Part shown: one piece after another, positions 20,646 through 29,728 of the stretch
Layout of the letters: every line of letters begins with the position of its first letter
How positions within the stretch are numbered: position 1 is the first letter of the stretch
Virus record (IMG/VR): IMGVR_UViG_3300046373_000092
Span: 18,066 to 82,065 of that record
Strand: one strand, 5' to 3'
DNA length: 64,000 bases
Source: a virus
Position numbers and translations under genes: made by a program
The notes under the pieces: generated by a model
What the model was told of the DNA's origin: nothing
What the model saw: the letters and a program-made list of their open reading frames with translations, nothing else
Databases searched by the model: none

Positions 20646-22426
20646 TGAAAGACTTTAAAGATTTAGGATTTCAGGAAGACGATCACTCAGATTTGGGATT
20701 CCAAGCTGATGATCACGCACAATCTTCTCCGGCGAGTGAAGCTCCAGGATATTTAGAATCTTTTGGCAGAGGTGCAGCTCAGGGAGCTAGCATGGGATTT
20801 GCAGACGAAGCAACTGCAGGAATTGAGTCACTACTTACTAATAAAAAATATGAAGATGCTTTAGCAGAGTCTAGAGCTAATTATAAGGCAGCAGAAGAGA
20901 CCAATCCTAAAATGTCACTAGCGGGTAACTTGACTGGTGGTGTGGCAGGTGGAGCAGCTCTATCAGCCGCAGCAGCCCCATTAGCAGGTGTTGCCGGAAT
21001 TAGCAAGGCAGCTCAAGCTATTAGCACTTTAGACAAGCTTAAAAAGGCTGCAGCACTAGGTGCAGGTATGGGAGCTATTACTTCTGCAGGAACTTCAGAA
21101 GAGCCTCTAATGACTCGTCCAGTAGAGTTGGCTAAAGACGTAGCAACGGGAGCCGCTCTAGGTGGAGTCGGTGGAGCAGTGTTTAGTAAGGCTGGGGATT
21201 TGGCTGGTAAAGCCGCTTCAAAGGCACGCGAAATAGGAGCTATCGATGATATGTTTAGGGCTTTTAACGTGGGCGAAAGAGGTTATAACTATTTTAAGCC
21301 TGGAGATATGGAAAAACTCGAAGGAGAAGCTACAGAAGCTGCAGCTAAAACTAGAGACACTGTTCAACAAAAACTAGCTAACTTTGCAAATGCAAAAAAG
21401 CAGATACTAAATACAGCAGAACAACAAGGAAAGACGATTGATATTCTTCCTATGTTTAACAAAGCTAAAGTTGAAATAGAAAACTTAACATTAGATGAAA
21501 TTGGTGCCGCCGACAAAAGGAAGTTACAAAGTGTTTTAAACGGTCTTCCTCAACAGTTGGATTACCAAAATATTTCTCCATCTCAAGCAGACAGAATTAA
21601 GCAGATGTTTTCAAACTACACGTCTTTTGGGGACGAGTCTTTAAAAACTAAAGAAGCTAAAAAGATCGCTATGGACATGGTTAAAGCCCTGGACGCACAA
21701 GTATTAAATTCAGTAGACGACGTAACTACTACTGCCGCCATCTCAGGAATGCAGCAAGAATTGGGTAACGAAGTAACAGATTACCTAGCTCGTGCTCAGG
21801 CTCCTGGACAATCTAGTATGAAGACTGTGAATAAAGGCTTGAGTGATCTAATGACTACTCAAGAAATACTAGGTCAAGACAGCGGTAATGCTGCTGATAG
21901 AATTAAACAAATTCAAAAGCTACGCACCATGCTCGGACGTACAGCTTCTGAGGGTGACGGCGGTATTACTGCCCGCGAAACAATAAAAGAAACTAAGAAA
22001 GTACTCCAGAATATTGCCCCGGAAATTGCTGAGCAAACAATCGGGAAAGCGGAAGATCTGGCAGACGATCTATATTTAAAGAAGCTTGCCAAAGGACAGA
22101 TTCAGTCTGGGGTTGGTAGCTTGTGGGGTATTGGTAACATTGCTTCAGTGGGTGGATCAAACATCGCAGGGAGCGTTTATGGAGCTTCTAAGGGACTTGC
22201 CACTCCAGACAGTACAGGCTTTAGAATGATGGCTAAATATGCTAGCAAAGGCGGAGACAACGCTCTAAGTTCAGCATTAGATAAGATTGCAAATACAGTA
22301 GATGATAGTAGACGTAAGGCTATGGTAAACACATTAATGCAAACTCCGTATTACAGAAAGAAAATTGAAGAAATACAAAACAAACTTGAAGGGATGATGG
22401 GCGACGACGATGGATCAAAGAATTAA
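20645..22426 (+). CDS. Internal virion / DNA ejection protein
   Basis: 'ESFGRGAAQGASMGFADE' and G/A-rich membrane-inserting segments. Confidence 0.6.
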   Translation: MKDFKDLGFQEDDHSDLGFQADDHAQSSPASEAPGYLESFGRGAAQGASMGFADEATAGIESLLTNKKYEDALAESRANYKAAEETNPKMSLAGNLTGGVAGGAALSAAAAPLAGVAGISKAAQAISTLDKLKKAAALGAGMGAITSAGTSEEPLMTRPVELAKDVATGAALGGVGGAVFSKAGDLAGKAASKAREIGAIDDMFRAFNVGERGYNYFKPGDMEKLEGEATEAAAKTRDTVQQKLANFANAKKQILNTAEQQGKTIDILPMFNKAKVEIENLTLDEIGAADKRKLQSVLNGLPQQLDYQNISPSQADRIKQMFSNYTSFGDESLKTKEAKKIAMDMVKALDAQVLNSVDDVTTTAAISGMQQELGNEVTDYLARAQAPGQSSMKTVNKGLSDLMTTQEILGQDSGNAADRIKQIQKLRTMLGRTASEGDGGITARETIKETKKVLQNIAPEIAEQTIGKAEDLADDLYLKKLAKGQIQSGVGSLWGIGNIASVGGSNIAGSVYGASKGLATPDSTGFRMMAKYASKGGDNALSSALDKIANTVDDSRRKAMVNTLMQTPYYRKKIEEIQNKLEGMMGDDDGSKN

Positions 22427-22712
22427 TCGACTTGAAGAGAAGTTAGACACTAAGTTAGATTCTATCGTGGAAAAGCTCCATGATATTAACATAACTTTAA
22501 TTAGAAACACTGACTCTCTGGAAGTGCACGAAATGCGCACAGACATCGCCGAAAAGAAGCTTTCTCTTTACGAAGATCGATTAGACCAGCTAGAAGCAAA
22601 AGATAAATTGATCACATCAATAGTTACAAAAATTATTCCCGGAGTGGCGGCATGTGTAATGTTCGTTTACAAAATGGGGTGGTTTGAAAAATTAATTAAA
22701 CTTTTTTCTTAA
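22410..22712 (+). CDS. Coiled-coil plus C-terminal TM protein (holin / XhlA-like)
   Basis: Coiled coil followed by a hydrophobic helix; last gene of the late operon. Confidence 0.45.
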   Translation: MDQRINRLEEKLDTKLDSIVEKLHDINITLIRNTDSLEVHEMRTDIAEKKLSLYEDRLDQLEAKDKLITSIVTKIIPGVAACVMFVYKMGWFEKLIKLFS

Positions 22713-23130
22713 CGTCATCCAGCACGGCAATCATAAGAGTTTCGAAGTCATTTAACTCAGCATAAGTTGATTCATCTACTGCTTCAATTAAATCAGTTGG
22801 ATATAACATCTCACCCTTAGCCTTAGCCACCGACAAGTAGTCCATGTTATTATGATTGTTTCTGTCATAACACTCCTTACGTGTTGCAGCATCTGTGGGA
22901 TGAATACAGCTCTTCAGGTACTTACCATCTCCTCTAACGCTGCCTTCTTCCTTTTTGAAGTCCCCAGAATAATATTCTCCGCTAAATCTATTCAGCCAGT
23001 CCATTTCGTCCGGCGTCAATTTATCAAGGTAATCGTAATCAATTTTATCGAATTTAGTTCGAGAATTAACTCTTGGATTTAAAGCTGGGTATTTTGTTGA
23101 AGCGCGTTTCTTTTTTTTGTCGGAAGACAT
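22696..23130 (-). CDS. Hypothetical protein
   Basis: 144-aa ORF, last of the leftward block. Confidence 0.6.
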   Translation of the reverse strand: MSSDKKKKRASTKYPALNPRVNSRTKFDKIDYDYLDKLTPDEMDWLNRFSGEYYSGDFKKEEGSVRGDGKYLKSCIHPTDAATRKECYDRNNHNNMDYLSVAKAKGEMLYPTDLIEAVDESTYAELNDFETLMIAVLDDVKKKV

Positions 23131-23395
23131 AGGCTAGGTTTCTCTCTCTGAAGAAGGACGGATTGTTGCAATTAAAAACAACAACAGTTCTTCTGTGATT
23201 GGTAGTACCTACAATTATAGCACAAAACGTGCCAAAGTCAAGCAAATTATCTGACTGTTCGCAATATATTTCATAAAGGCAACGTAAATCAATACTTACC
23301 TCTTGTTTTTTAGTTAGGTCGATTCCATGATAGGCGATGAACTCGTCTAAAGACTGGAATACTGTTTTGGCTAAATCAACTAAAGAGTGTGTCAA
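23066..23395 (-). CDS. Hypothetical protein (start revised)
   Basis: GGGAGG SD before the TTG at 23395. Confidence 0.45.
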   Translation of the reverse strand: MTHSLVDLAKTVFQSLDEFIAYHGIDLTKKQEVSIDLRCLYEIYCEQSDNLLDFGTFCAIIVGTTNHRRTVVVFNCNNPSFFRERNLAYVFRQKKETRFNKIPSFKSKS

Positions 23396-23573
23396 TAATA
23401 CCTCCCGGAGAAACTTCGACGAAATACACGTTTCTCGTTCCATTTTCAGCCCTGGACCACTCCACAAATTCCTCATTGTACCGCACCGAATAGTATATAA
23501 TACTATATTTTCTATTTACACAGATGTATACTTTTGGAATTGGTTTTTCAAATAATCTAGTGAAGAAGCTCAT
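23376..23573 (-). CDS. Hypothetical protein (start revised to MSFF)
   Basis: GGAGG SD. Confidence 0.45.
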   Translation of the reverse strand: MSFFTRLFEKPIPKVYICVNRKYSIIYYSVRYNEEFVEWSRAENGTRNVYFVEVSPGGIIDTLFS

Positions 23574-23748
23574 ATAGAAGTCCTCCAAATGCAAACAATT
23601 CTGCGCGAACAAGGTACATGCCGTCCCGCCTAAAATCTTCAGCGTTCCTTTCATTATGGGTGGAGTAGTTCTGCCAGCAATCAGAATACTTATTTTTATG
23701 TGCGTATAGAAAGTGGGAGCGGGACATAAAAATCTTATAACATTTCAT
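23557..23748 (-). CDS. SxxxxEL small-protein family member (divergent)
   Basis: MKCYK...LVRAELFAFGGLLYELLH; ATGA overlap. Confidence 0.5.
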   Translation of the reverse strand: MKCYKIFMSRSHFLYAHKNKYSDCWQNYSTHNERNAEDFRRDGMYLVRAELFAFGGLLYELLH

Positions 23749-23927
23749 TTGCAAAGTTCCCTAATAAGTTCCGATTTTAGAGTAGCTTCTTTTATAACGA
23801 GCCAAGATCCTCTATCTACTATTTTTCTATGTGAATAGTTTAACACCAACATGTTATTCCAATTTCTTAAACTGTCCATTAAATTGTTTTTAGTAATTAG
23901 TCTATATCTTAATTTATCCTTCGACAT
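23745..23927 (-). CDS. SxxxxEL small-protein family member
   Basis: MSKDK...VIKEATLKSELIRELCK. Confidence 0.65.
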   Translation of the reverse strand: MSKDKLRYRLITKNNLMDSLRNWNNMLVLNYSHRKIVDRGSWLVIKEATLKSELIRELCK

Positions 23928-24166
23928 TTTAGATCCAGGTAAAGTTTGAAAGCCTCTAAGGGGCAATCAGTGCTATATACCAAATCTCCATTCTGCCAGA
24001 TTTCAGCTTCTTCCGACTCTGAGCAATAGGAAAATACATAGCGCTTATCCTGAGAATAGAACTCGATGGCTCCAATGTCAAGCTTTTTCACTGAACGAGG
24101 GGAAAATGATGCTATTAGTTTTTCTCCCGGAGTTCGGAAGAATCGGTAGTAAAGTTTTTTAAACAT
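23909..24166 (-). CDS. Hypothetical protein
   Basis: AAGGA SD. Confidence 0.5.
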   Translation of the reverse strand: MFKKLYYRFFRTPGEKLIASFSPRSVKKLDIGAIEFYSQDKRYVFSYCSESEEAEIWQNGDLVYSTDCPLEAFKLYLDLKCRRIN

Positions 24167-24189
24167 AGCAAATCCTTTGCAGTGTTAAT

Positions 24190-24444
24190 TTAGTAGCGTG
24201 ACTTTATTTCTTTTTTAAGTTGCCCTAATTTTAAGTCTAATTCTTTTAGCGAAAATTCTTTGTCAGCTTCGAAAGAATAGTAGTCCAGAATTGCGTCTTC
24301 CGCATCATACCCAATACTGCGGCAAGTCATCGAAGATATTTCTGAGATTCTTTTATTTAGAAAAGTAATACTATTTATTAAGTGCATATTGGACATTTCA
24401 GATATATTTAAAACTTCTCCACTTTTAGTTTTCCAAGTACTCAT
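24190..24444 (-). CDS. Conserved phage hypothetical protein ('WKTKSG..LNISEMSNMHLIN')
   Basis: Motif recurrent in phage small proteins. Confidence 0.55.
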   Translation of the reverse strand: MSTWKTKSGEVLNISEMSNMHLINSITFLNKRISEISSMTCRSIGYDAEDAILDYYSFEADKEFSLKELDLKLGQLKKEIKSRY

Positions 24445-24671
24445 CTTCTCTTTCCTTTTAGTATAACTTTAGATCCAGATTTTTTTAATAGAGGCTTGAA
24501 ATTCAATATTAAGTAGATTATAAACGAAAGCAACAAGGCTCCCCAAGACATGGCAGAAATAACCAGTATAGAAGCTAAAGATGCTCCGTCGATGTCGTTG
24601 CCCAAAACCCTACTCACGTAAAATGTAAGTATGATAAAAGTAAGTATGAACCCAGATAAGTAAATAATCAT
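24441..24671 (-). CDS. Small two-TM membrane protein
   Basis: Two hydrophobic helices; resembles 25089..25295. Confidence 0.55.
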   Translation of the reverse strand: MIIYLSGFILTFIILTFYVSRVLGNDIDGASLASILVISAMSWGALLLSFIIYLILNFKPLLKKSGSKVILKGKRR

Positions 24672-24919
24672 TCTTCCTCTTCCTCAAATTCCTCGTCAAT
24701 AATTCCAGAAATGACCGCAGGACTAATACCATTAGTCGGACAGTCTACGGAGCAGCTCCACTCCAGTCTCCCGGTAGGGGCTCCCAAGCTAATGCCCTTT
24801 ATAAAGTATTCTTTGCAATTGTTAGAATGTACAGGTTTAAAAACTTCAAATTTACTTACACTAGTCTGATCAAAAGCATATTCTAAAAAATCAATGTAAA
24901 GCTTTGTTTTTAGATTCAT
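24668..24919 (-). CDS. Hypothetical protein
   Basis: Coupled ORF with an acidic tail. Confidence 0.5.
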   Translation of the reverse strand: MNLKTKLYIDFLEYAFDQTSVSKFEVFKPVHSNNCKEYFIKGISLGAPTGRLEWSCSVDCPTNGISPAVISGIIDEEFEEEEE

Positions 24920-25089
24920 TAAAGGTATCCTATTAGTTCGTAGTGATTTTTAACTAACTTTTCTACAGTAACTTTATCATCAAGTATCCACTCGTCTGGA
25001 GCGCACCATCTATCTTGAGATTCTATGCCGTTTTCAGTAATTCTAAATATTAGTAAATAATCTGTTACTTCGCTGTAATAAATAGCCAT
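24919..25089 (-). CDS. Small hypothetical protein (56 aa, MAIYYSEV...YELIGYL), not in the track
   Basis: TAATG coupling on both sides. Confidence 0.5.
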   Translation of the reverse strand: MAIYYSEVTDYLLIFRITENGIESQDRWCAPDEWILDDKVTVEKLVKNHYELIGYL

Positions 25090-25295
25090 TATTTTTTAGC
25101 CTTGATAAGTACGATTTTAGAAAGTGCTGATATATAATACAATGCAAATACAACCGTTACCCAAGAAAATATCCCTATAAGTATACAAAAAATTAAATTT
25201 TTAATAGTTAGATCTTCTTTATCTTCAACTACAGAGCAAAAAATTGCACTAATTATTGCTAATACAAATCCTATTAAGTAAATAGTTAGTCCCAT
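25089..25295 (-). CDS. Small two-TM membrane protein
   Basis: 'IYLIGF...SW...IVLIK' resembles 24441..24671. Confidence 0.55.
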   Translation of the reverse strand: MGLTIYLIGFVLAIISAIFCSVVEDKEDLTIKNLIFCILIGIFSWVTVVFALYYISALSKIVLIKAKK

Positions 25296-25715
25296 CTAAA
25301 ACTCCAGTCCTAAGGTTAAGCCGATCTTCTTATCTGTCGTCGCCATTGCCCCGACCACAACATTACTGAAAACTCTCTTAGAAACTATAACACCGTAGTC
25401 ACGCTGTGTCAAGTCATTAATTGGAACGTAAGCTAAAGCCTGTAGCGTCAATCCGACTCTGTTCTCCACCACTTTAGAAGACTCTTGTTTAGCCTCTACC
25501 ACAGTGCGCGTGTCTTCTCTTTCGTGCTCAGTCTCAGTAATGGTGCCATCTGGTTTAGTGATCTTCTCTCTATAGACGACCTTAGTCTTAGCCTCTTCCT
25601 TTACATACTCTTTTTTGACTACTTCAACAGTCTTAGTTGGCTTTGTGAAATATCCAGCTCCAAAAGCTAAGCCTAGGGCTAATACAGAAAAGATAATTTT
25701 ATTAGTTGTTGTCAT
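25296..25715 (-). CDS. N-anchored envelope protein with beta-rich C-terminus
   Basis: N-terminal TM; ends 'IGLTLGLEF', an outer-membrane-strand-like terminus. Confidence 0.55.
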   Translation of the reverse strand: MTTTNKIIFSVLALGLAFGAGYFTKPTKTVEVVKKEYVKEEAKTKVVYREKITKPDGTITETEHEREDTRTVVEAKQESSKVVENRVGLTLQALAYVPINDLTQRDYGVIVSKRVFSNVVVGAMATTDKKIGLTLGLEF

Positions 25716-25921
25716 GAGAATAATTCCTTAATTAAATTGGAGTGTAGAACTTTGATATTCGCTACAAATATTCCATCGGAGGTAGAGTAATTATCGCTGT
25801 AATTTTTAGATTCGCTGTACGCCCTACCCGTGGGTGCTCCCACGTCTCTGCCCGTGTGATAGACTTGGAAATGCTCTAAGTAGAACCAGTTGAATTGTTT
25901 TTTATTCTTATTACTAATCAT
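25712..25921 (-). CDS. SxxxxEL family member (ISNK subgroup)
   Basis: MISNKNK...NIKVLHSNLIKELFS. Confidence 0.7.
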   Translation of the reverse strand: MISNKNKKQFNWFYLEHFQVYHTGRDVGAPTGRAYSESKNYSDNYSTSDGIFVANIKVLHSNLIKELFS

Positions 25922-25938
25922 AAGATTCCAAAGAGAAA

Positions 25939-25956
25939 AGGAGCCTTTCGGCTCCT
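25939..25956 (-). terminator. Intrinsic terminator
   Basis: AGGAGCC-GAAA-GGCTCCT followed by TTTCTCTTT on the minus strand. Confidence 0.7.
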
Positions 25957-25963
25957 AGAAGGT

Positions 25964-26896
25964 TTAGTATTTGGGAGTAGAGATTGTCTTAGGACCCCTG
26001 AATTCTCTGTTAACGTAGAACATTAATGTTTTGTAAGCATTGTTTTTCTGAGCAGCAGAAATGATATCGCCAGTTATAGACTTGCCACTAAGGGAATTAC
26101 TGCCGTCTGATTTTTGAGCAGGAAGATCGTAACCTACGCTAGTTAAAATATAAACATCACCAGTAACTACGTTGACGAATCTAATTTGGTATCTCAATAC
26201 TGAGGTACTTAGTGGACAACTTGACATATCATACTTTATCTCTAAAGAAATAGGTCCTTCTAAATAATATCTAGATTGTGTAGACTTGATAGAACTTGAT
26301 AGGTTTGAAGCACAAGACAAGTCCACCACTTTATCAGCGTATCCGCCCGAGACAGCATAATCCCCAGTAGTCCATAGCTCATTATCATACTGTTTTCTGT
26401 AGCTCTCCAGAGTTTGTTTGCCGTTAGTTCTAGCTACGACTCCAGAATCCATAGTAGTGATGATTTGTTTTAGATAAGCAATTCTATTATCAATAGACAT
26501 GCCCTCTCCAAATTCTCCGCCCTCCATTCCAGAAACTGGGTGAGACATTAGAACTCCAGTATTAGTGATAAGTCTTTCTCCTGGATTAGCCTGAGCAATT
26601 TGAAATCCCATTGAGGCTGAAAAAATGTTTACAGTCTTAACTGGTTTTTTGTATCCCTTTAGGTACTGAATAAGATCTAATCCGTCGAATACACTTCCGC
26701 CGGGAGTGTTTAAAACAAGATAAATAACAGGCTCTTGATTTGATTCTAGTTTAGCCAGACTTAAGATAGTCTCCGTCACAGAGTTAGCAGAAACTGCATC
26801 GTTTAAAGTAACAGTGTTGTTTAAATTTAGGTCAATGACCTCAGCACTTAAAGCTGTTACACTAAACAGCAATAGCATTCCCAGGATAAATTTCAT
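25964..26896 (-). CDS. ClpP/S14-like serine protease with N-terminal signal peptide
   Basis: 'LNTPGGSVFDG', 'SASMG' (catalytic Ser), 'LMSHP' (His); 'MKFILGMLLLFSVTALSA' signal peptide. Confidence 0.75.
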   Translation of the reverse strand: MKFILGMLLLFSVTALSAEVIDLNLNNTVTLNDAVSANSVTETILSLAKLESNQEPVIYLVLNTPGGSVFDGLDLIQYLKGYKKPVKTVNIFSASMGFQIAQANPGERLITNTGVLMSHPVSGMEGGEFGEGMSIDNRIAYLKQIITTMDSGVVARTNGKQTLESYRKQYDNELWTTGDYAVSGGYADKVVDLSCASNLSSSIKSTQSRYYLEGPISLEIKYDMSSCPLSTSVLRYQIRFVNVVTGDVYILTSVGYDLPAQKSDGSNSLSGKSITGDIISAAQKNNAYKTLMFYVNREFRGPKTISTPKY

Positions 26897-27162
26897 TAAG
26901 ACTCCTTGTCTATTTTCTTAGCTCGTCGTGAGCCAACTTGCAGGTTTTTTGTGCGAAAAGCAAAGCGCCTTCCAAAATAAAGGAAACAGCTCGAATAAAA
27001 TACATCAGTAAGCATAGAGGAAGTTTTAACTTCTCTATCCAAGTAGAGCGCTCTGCCGTTTAAGAAGAGGATAAAGTAGAATGACACCATTACTAAAAAC
27101 TTAGAGGTGCTGAATTTATCAGTAGCTTCGTCGTGAGATAAGTATACTAGTAATCTTCTCAT
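26896..27162 (-). CDS. Small membrane protein (holin-like)
   Basis: 'DKFSTSKFLVMVSF' with two hydrophobic segments and a basic tail. Confidence 0.4.
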   Translation of the reverse strand: MRRLLVYLSHDEATDKFSTSKFLVMVSFYFILFLNGRALYLDREVKTSSMLTDVFYSSCFLYFGRRFAFRTKNLQVGSRRAKKIDKES

Positions 27163-27304
27163 ACGTGTGCCGCCATATAAAGCCCGATGCCGATAAACAT
27201 CCAAATGCATCCGTAAGTAGAGTTAAGAGACTCATCTTTATTTTTATTCCATTGGTCCAAAAATGCTACGTGTGCAATGTATAGTGCCATAAAAATTATA
27301 ATGC

Positions 27305-27700
27305 TCATTTCTTTTTCCCTTTTTTAACCTTCTTTAGTATACTCTTTTTGTTGGGTCGCGTCAAGACCTTTTTTCGACTTCTTGCTAATTCTCTTTCTTC
27401 TCGCGTCTTTGCGTCGTGATGCGTTTTGCAGATTACTTGGAGCCCAAACACGTCACAAAACAATCTGAGGATAAAGCTGTCGAATCCCTGCCACCCCACG
27501 TTAGGATCTACCGCTGGCTCTATATGATCTACTTGCACGTCCTTGGCACGATGTAACACGTCAGGACCGCAAATGGCACAATGATACAGTCCGCGCTCTA
27601 CACGAGCAGCTCGCAATGCGTCACCTCGTGCGGGAGAACGCAGCCAAGCGCGGCGGAGAGTTGAGACGCAGTAGGATTTTAGTTTAGAATCGATAGCCAT
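27305..27700 (-). CDS. HNH endonuclease
   Basis: CxxC...'VQVDHIEP'...'LQVICKTHHDAKT'. Confidence 0.8.
   Translation of the reverse strand: MAIDSKLKSYCVSTLRRAWLRSPARGDALRAARVERGLYHCAICGPDVLHRAKDVQVDHIEPAVDPNVGWQGFDSFILRLFCDVFGLQVICKTHHDAKTREERELARSRKKVLTRPNKKSILKKVKKGKKK
27336..27364 (-). promoter_or_regulatory. Sigma70-type promoter
   Basis: TTGACG-17-TATACT. Confidence 0.5.
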
Positions 27701-27888
27701 TATTTTTTCCTAGTTAGTTCTTTAATTAATTTTGAGTTTATAGCCCCTTTACAGATATACCATTGATTGGAAGATATATGAAATGACCCATATTTTCCAA
27801 ACTTCAAAGGACCGAGGCGGGTTAATTCTAGAAGATAGTACATGTTTAACCACGTGAAAGAGGGCTTATCTTTATTGCTAATAGCCAT
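27700..27888 (-). CDS. SxxxxEL family member (MAISNK)
   Basis: ...ICKGAINSKLIKELTRKK. Confidence 0.7.
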   Translation of the reverse strand: MAISNKDKPSFTWLNMYYLLELTRLGPLKFGKYGSFHISSNQWYICKGAINSKLIKELTRKK

Positions 27889-28063
27889 ATAACTCTCTTA
27901 GTAGCTCTGATTTATAGACAGATTCGGAGATAACAAAACAGTCTTCAAGACACTCATATTTTGAAGATTTATAATTATTAATAAAGCTGTGAGATATTCC
28001 TTCCGATAATATTTCCTGATTAGTCCAGTCAAATTTAAAGTCCTTTTTATTGCTAATTGCCAC
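27878..28063 (-). CDS. SxxxxEL family member (MAISNK)
   Basis: ...VISESVYKSELLRELYGY. Confidence 0.7.
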   Translation of the reverse strand: MAISNKKDFKFDWTNQEILSEGISHSFINNYKSSKYECLEDCFVISESVYKSELLRELYGY

Positions 28064-28211
28064 GGAACAACTCCTGAAAAATGTCAGTGCCTAATAGCTG
28101 TATTTTGTGGGTTCCTCTACTGTGAGACAGATAGGCTATCTCATCACCTCCGTATCTAGAGTGAAGTGCTATGTTGAATTGCATAAATTTAGGAGAATAA
28201 ATAAATTTCAC
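28053..28211 (-). CDS. SxxxxEL family member
   Basis: GTGA overlap; MKFIY...LLGTDIFQELFRGN. Confidence 0.6.
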   Translation of the reverse strand: MKFIYSPKFMQFNIALHSRYGGDEIAYLSHSRGTHKIQLLGTDIFQELFRGN

Positions 28212-28384
28212 GATAATAGTTCCTTGTAAACGGCAGATCTGAACACATCTAAGTGGAGCACATAGCGAGTTCTCCAAGGACGAGTCCTAGCATAGTCGTA
28301 AGTTCCAGACTGGATTAGACCACTGTTAAAAGCTTGAATTGAATGAACAGGAAAAAACCAAGCATCAGTCTTGTTTATCGCCAT
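28208..28384 (-). CDS. SxxxxEL family member (MAINK)
   Basis: ...LHLDVFRSAVYKELLS. Confidence 0.7.
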   Translation of the reverse strand: MAINKTDAWFFPVHSIQAFNSGLIQSGTYDYARTRPWRTRYVLHLDVFRSAVYKELLS

Positions 28385-28512
28385 TTTCGTTTTCCTTAAA
28401 AAAGTCAATCATTTCTTTAGAAAAGTAATCGAGGAAGATTTCTGTTTCTAAGTCCAGCTCGTCGTCCTGAGGGATCTTGTGGATCATTTTAATTTTAGCG
28501 ATTAGTTTTTTC

Positions 28513-28710
28513 TTAAGCTCTTCCATATAGCTCCTCTAGTAGTGTAGAATATATTACTCGGTGATTTAAAATTATGAATTCATTTTTATACCAGAAAAGC
28601 TCGGAAACCGCCTCTTCAAATGTGTAAGATCCGACCTTGTAATCTAAATCCAGCAGCCACTCTGCATACATCCAATCAAAAGTATCTGTGTCTTTATTAC
28701 TTATCGCCAT
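28513..28710 (-). CDS. SxxxxEL family member (MAISNK)
   Basis: ...LNHRVIYSTLLEELYGRA. Confidence 0.7.
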   Translation of the reverse strand: MAISNKDTDTFDWMYAEWLLDLDYKVGSYTFEEAVSELFWYKNEFIILNHRVIYSTLLEELYGRA

Positions 28711-28891
28711 ACAATTCCTTAAAAATTGGAGTCCTCAATGTTGCGTAGCGAACTATGAATGTCGGAGGAGTGTGGTGAGTTCCAATTCTATAATGATCCT
28801 TTATCTCCTCAAAACTGCCCCGAGCTGGGTGAAGGGTCCATCCGCCATACCCTTTGTAAAAAAATCTATGTTGAAGCTCCGGTCTTTTCAC
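28697..28891 (-). CDS. SxxxxEL family member
   Basis: MKRPELQHRFFY...IVRYATLRTPIFKELYGDK; close paralog of 29067..29252. Confidence 0.7.
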   Translation of the reverse strand: MKRPELQHRFFYKGYGGWTLHPARGSFEEIKDHYRIGTHHTPPTFIVRYATLRTPIFKELYGDK

Positions 28892-29070
28892 AACCACAAT
28901 TCCTTAAATAAATCACTGTGAACAGACTTTAGTCTGTAGATGTAAACGGGATATACCCAAGGAGTGTATTTATTAATTTTGTAGTATTGTAACCTAGCAT
29001 GAGATCCATCTATCAATTTATGAAAAGCTTGTTTGCCAAAATGTCCCAAGACAAATCTATGCCTTTTCAT
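28888..29070 (-). CDS. SxxxxEL family member
   Basis: MKRH...YRLKSVHSDLFKELWL. Confidence 0.7.
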   Translation of the reverse strand: MKRHRFVLGHFGKQAFHKLIDGSHARLQYYKINKYTPWVYPVYIYRLKSVHSDLFKELWL

Positions 29071-29252
29071 TTAAATAACTCCGCAAATATTTCAGCTCTA
29101 CAGACGCCGGCTCTAACAATGAATGCTGAAACAAATGTTGAATAATGAGGATATAATTCTTTAATTTCTTGGTATTTTCCGGAATGAGGATGAAGTCGCC
29201 ACTTGTTGTAATTATAAAAATAAAGTTTATGAATTAAGTTAGGTTTTTTCAT
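29067..29252 (-). CDS. SxxxxEL family member
   Basis: MKKPNLIHKLYF...IVRAGVCRAEIFAELFK. Confidence 0.7.
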   Translation of the reverse strand: MKKPNLIHKLYFYNYNKWRLHPHSGKYQEIKELYPHYSTFVSAFIVRAGVCRAEIFAELFK

Positions 29253-29538
29253 TACTAATAGTCTCTCTGTGGTTACAAACTTTGCAAACTCTAAGCTCTC
29301 TGTTTCCAGGAATAGGTATCTTTAGGTAAGGTCCTCTTGCACAGTTAGGGCAAGTTAACTCCTGACGTCGTTCGGACTTCTCTTCCGAAAAGTCGGCAAA
29401 AGCTTCTTGCATTTCCTCCAGATTTCTCTGAATATTTTGAAGCTGTTTCAGCTCGCGTTTTAAGCGACGATTCTCGCTCTCCAGTTTACGGATTTCTCCA
29501 CGATAATGTTCAGACTCAGAGCGATCTTTATTTCTCAA
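29239..29538 (-). CDS. Coiled-coil plus zinc-ribbon protein
   Basis: CPNC...CKVC. Confidence 0.6.
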   Translation of the reverse strand: MRNKDRSESEHYRGEIRKLESENRRLKRELKQLQNIQRNLEEMQEAFADFSEEKSERRQELTCPNCARGPYLKIPIPGNRELRVCKVCNHRETISNEKT

Positions 29539-29728
29539 AAAATTTTACCTCTAAAAAAAGAGATGAAACTATAGAAGATTCGGGAACATCAAGTCTTAGA
29601 AAAATAGCACCAGTAAATGTGCCTTTAAATTTCACTCCTTGGTAGGAGGGATCTAAATTCCAAGCTCCAACCATAAGTCCCTTGGAATTAATCCAACAAA
29701 TTCTAAAATCACGAGTAATTGGTATCAT
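29528..29728 (-). CDS. SxxxxEL family member (divergent)
   Basis: ...SSIVSSLFLEVKF. Confidence 0.45.
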   Translation of the reverse strand: MIPITRDFRICWINSKGLMVGAWNLDPSYQGVKFKGTFTGAIFLRLDVPESSIVSSLFLEVKFFEK

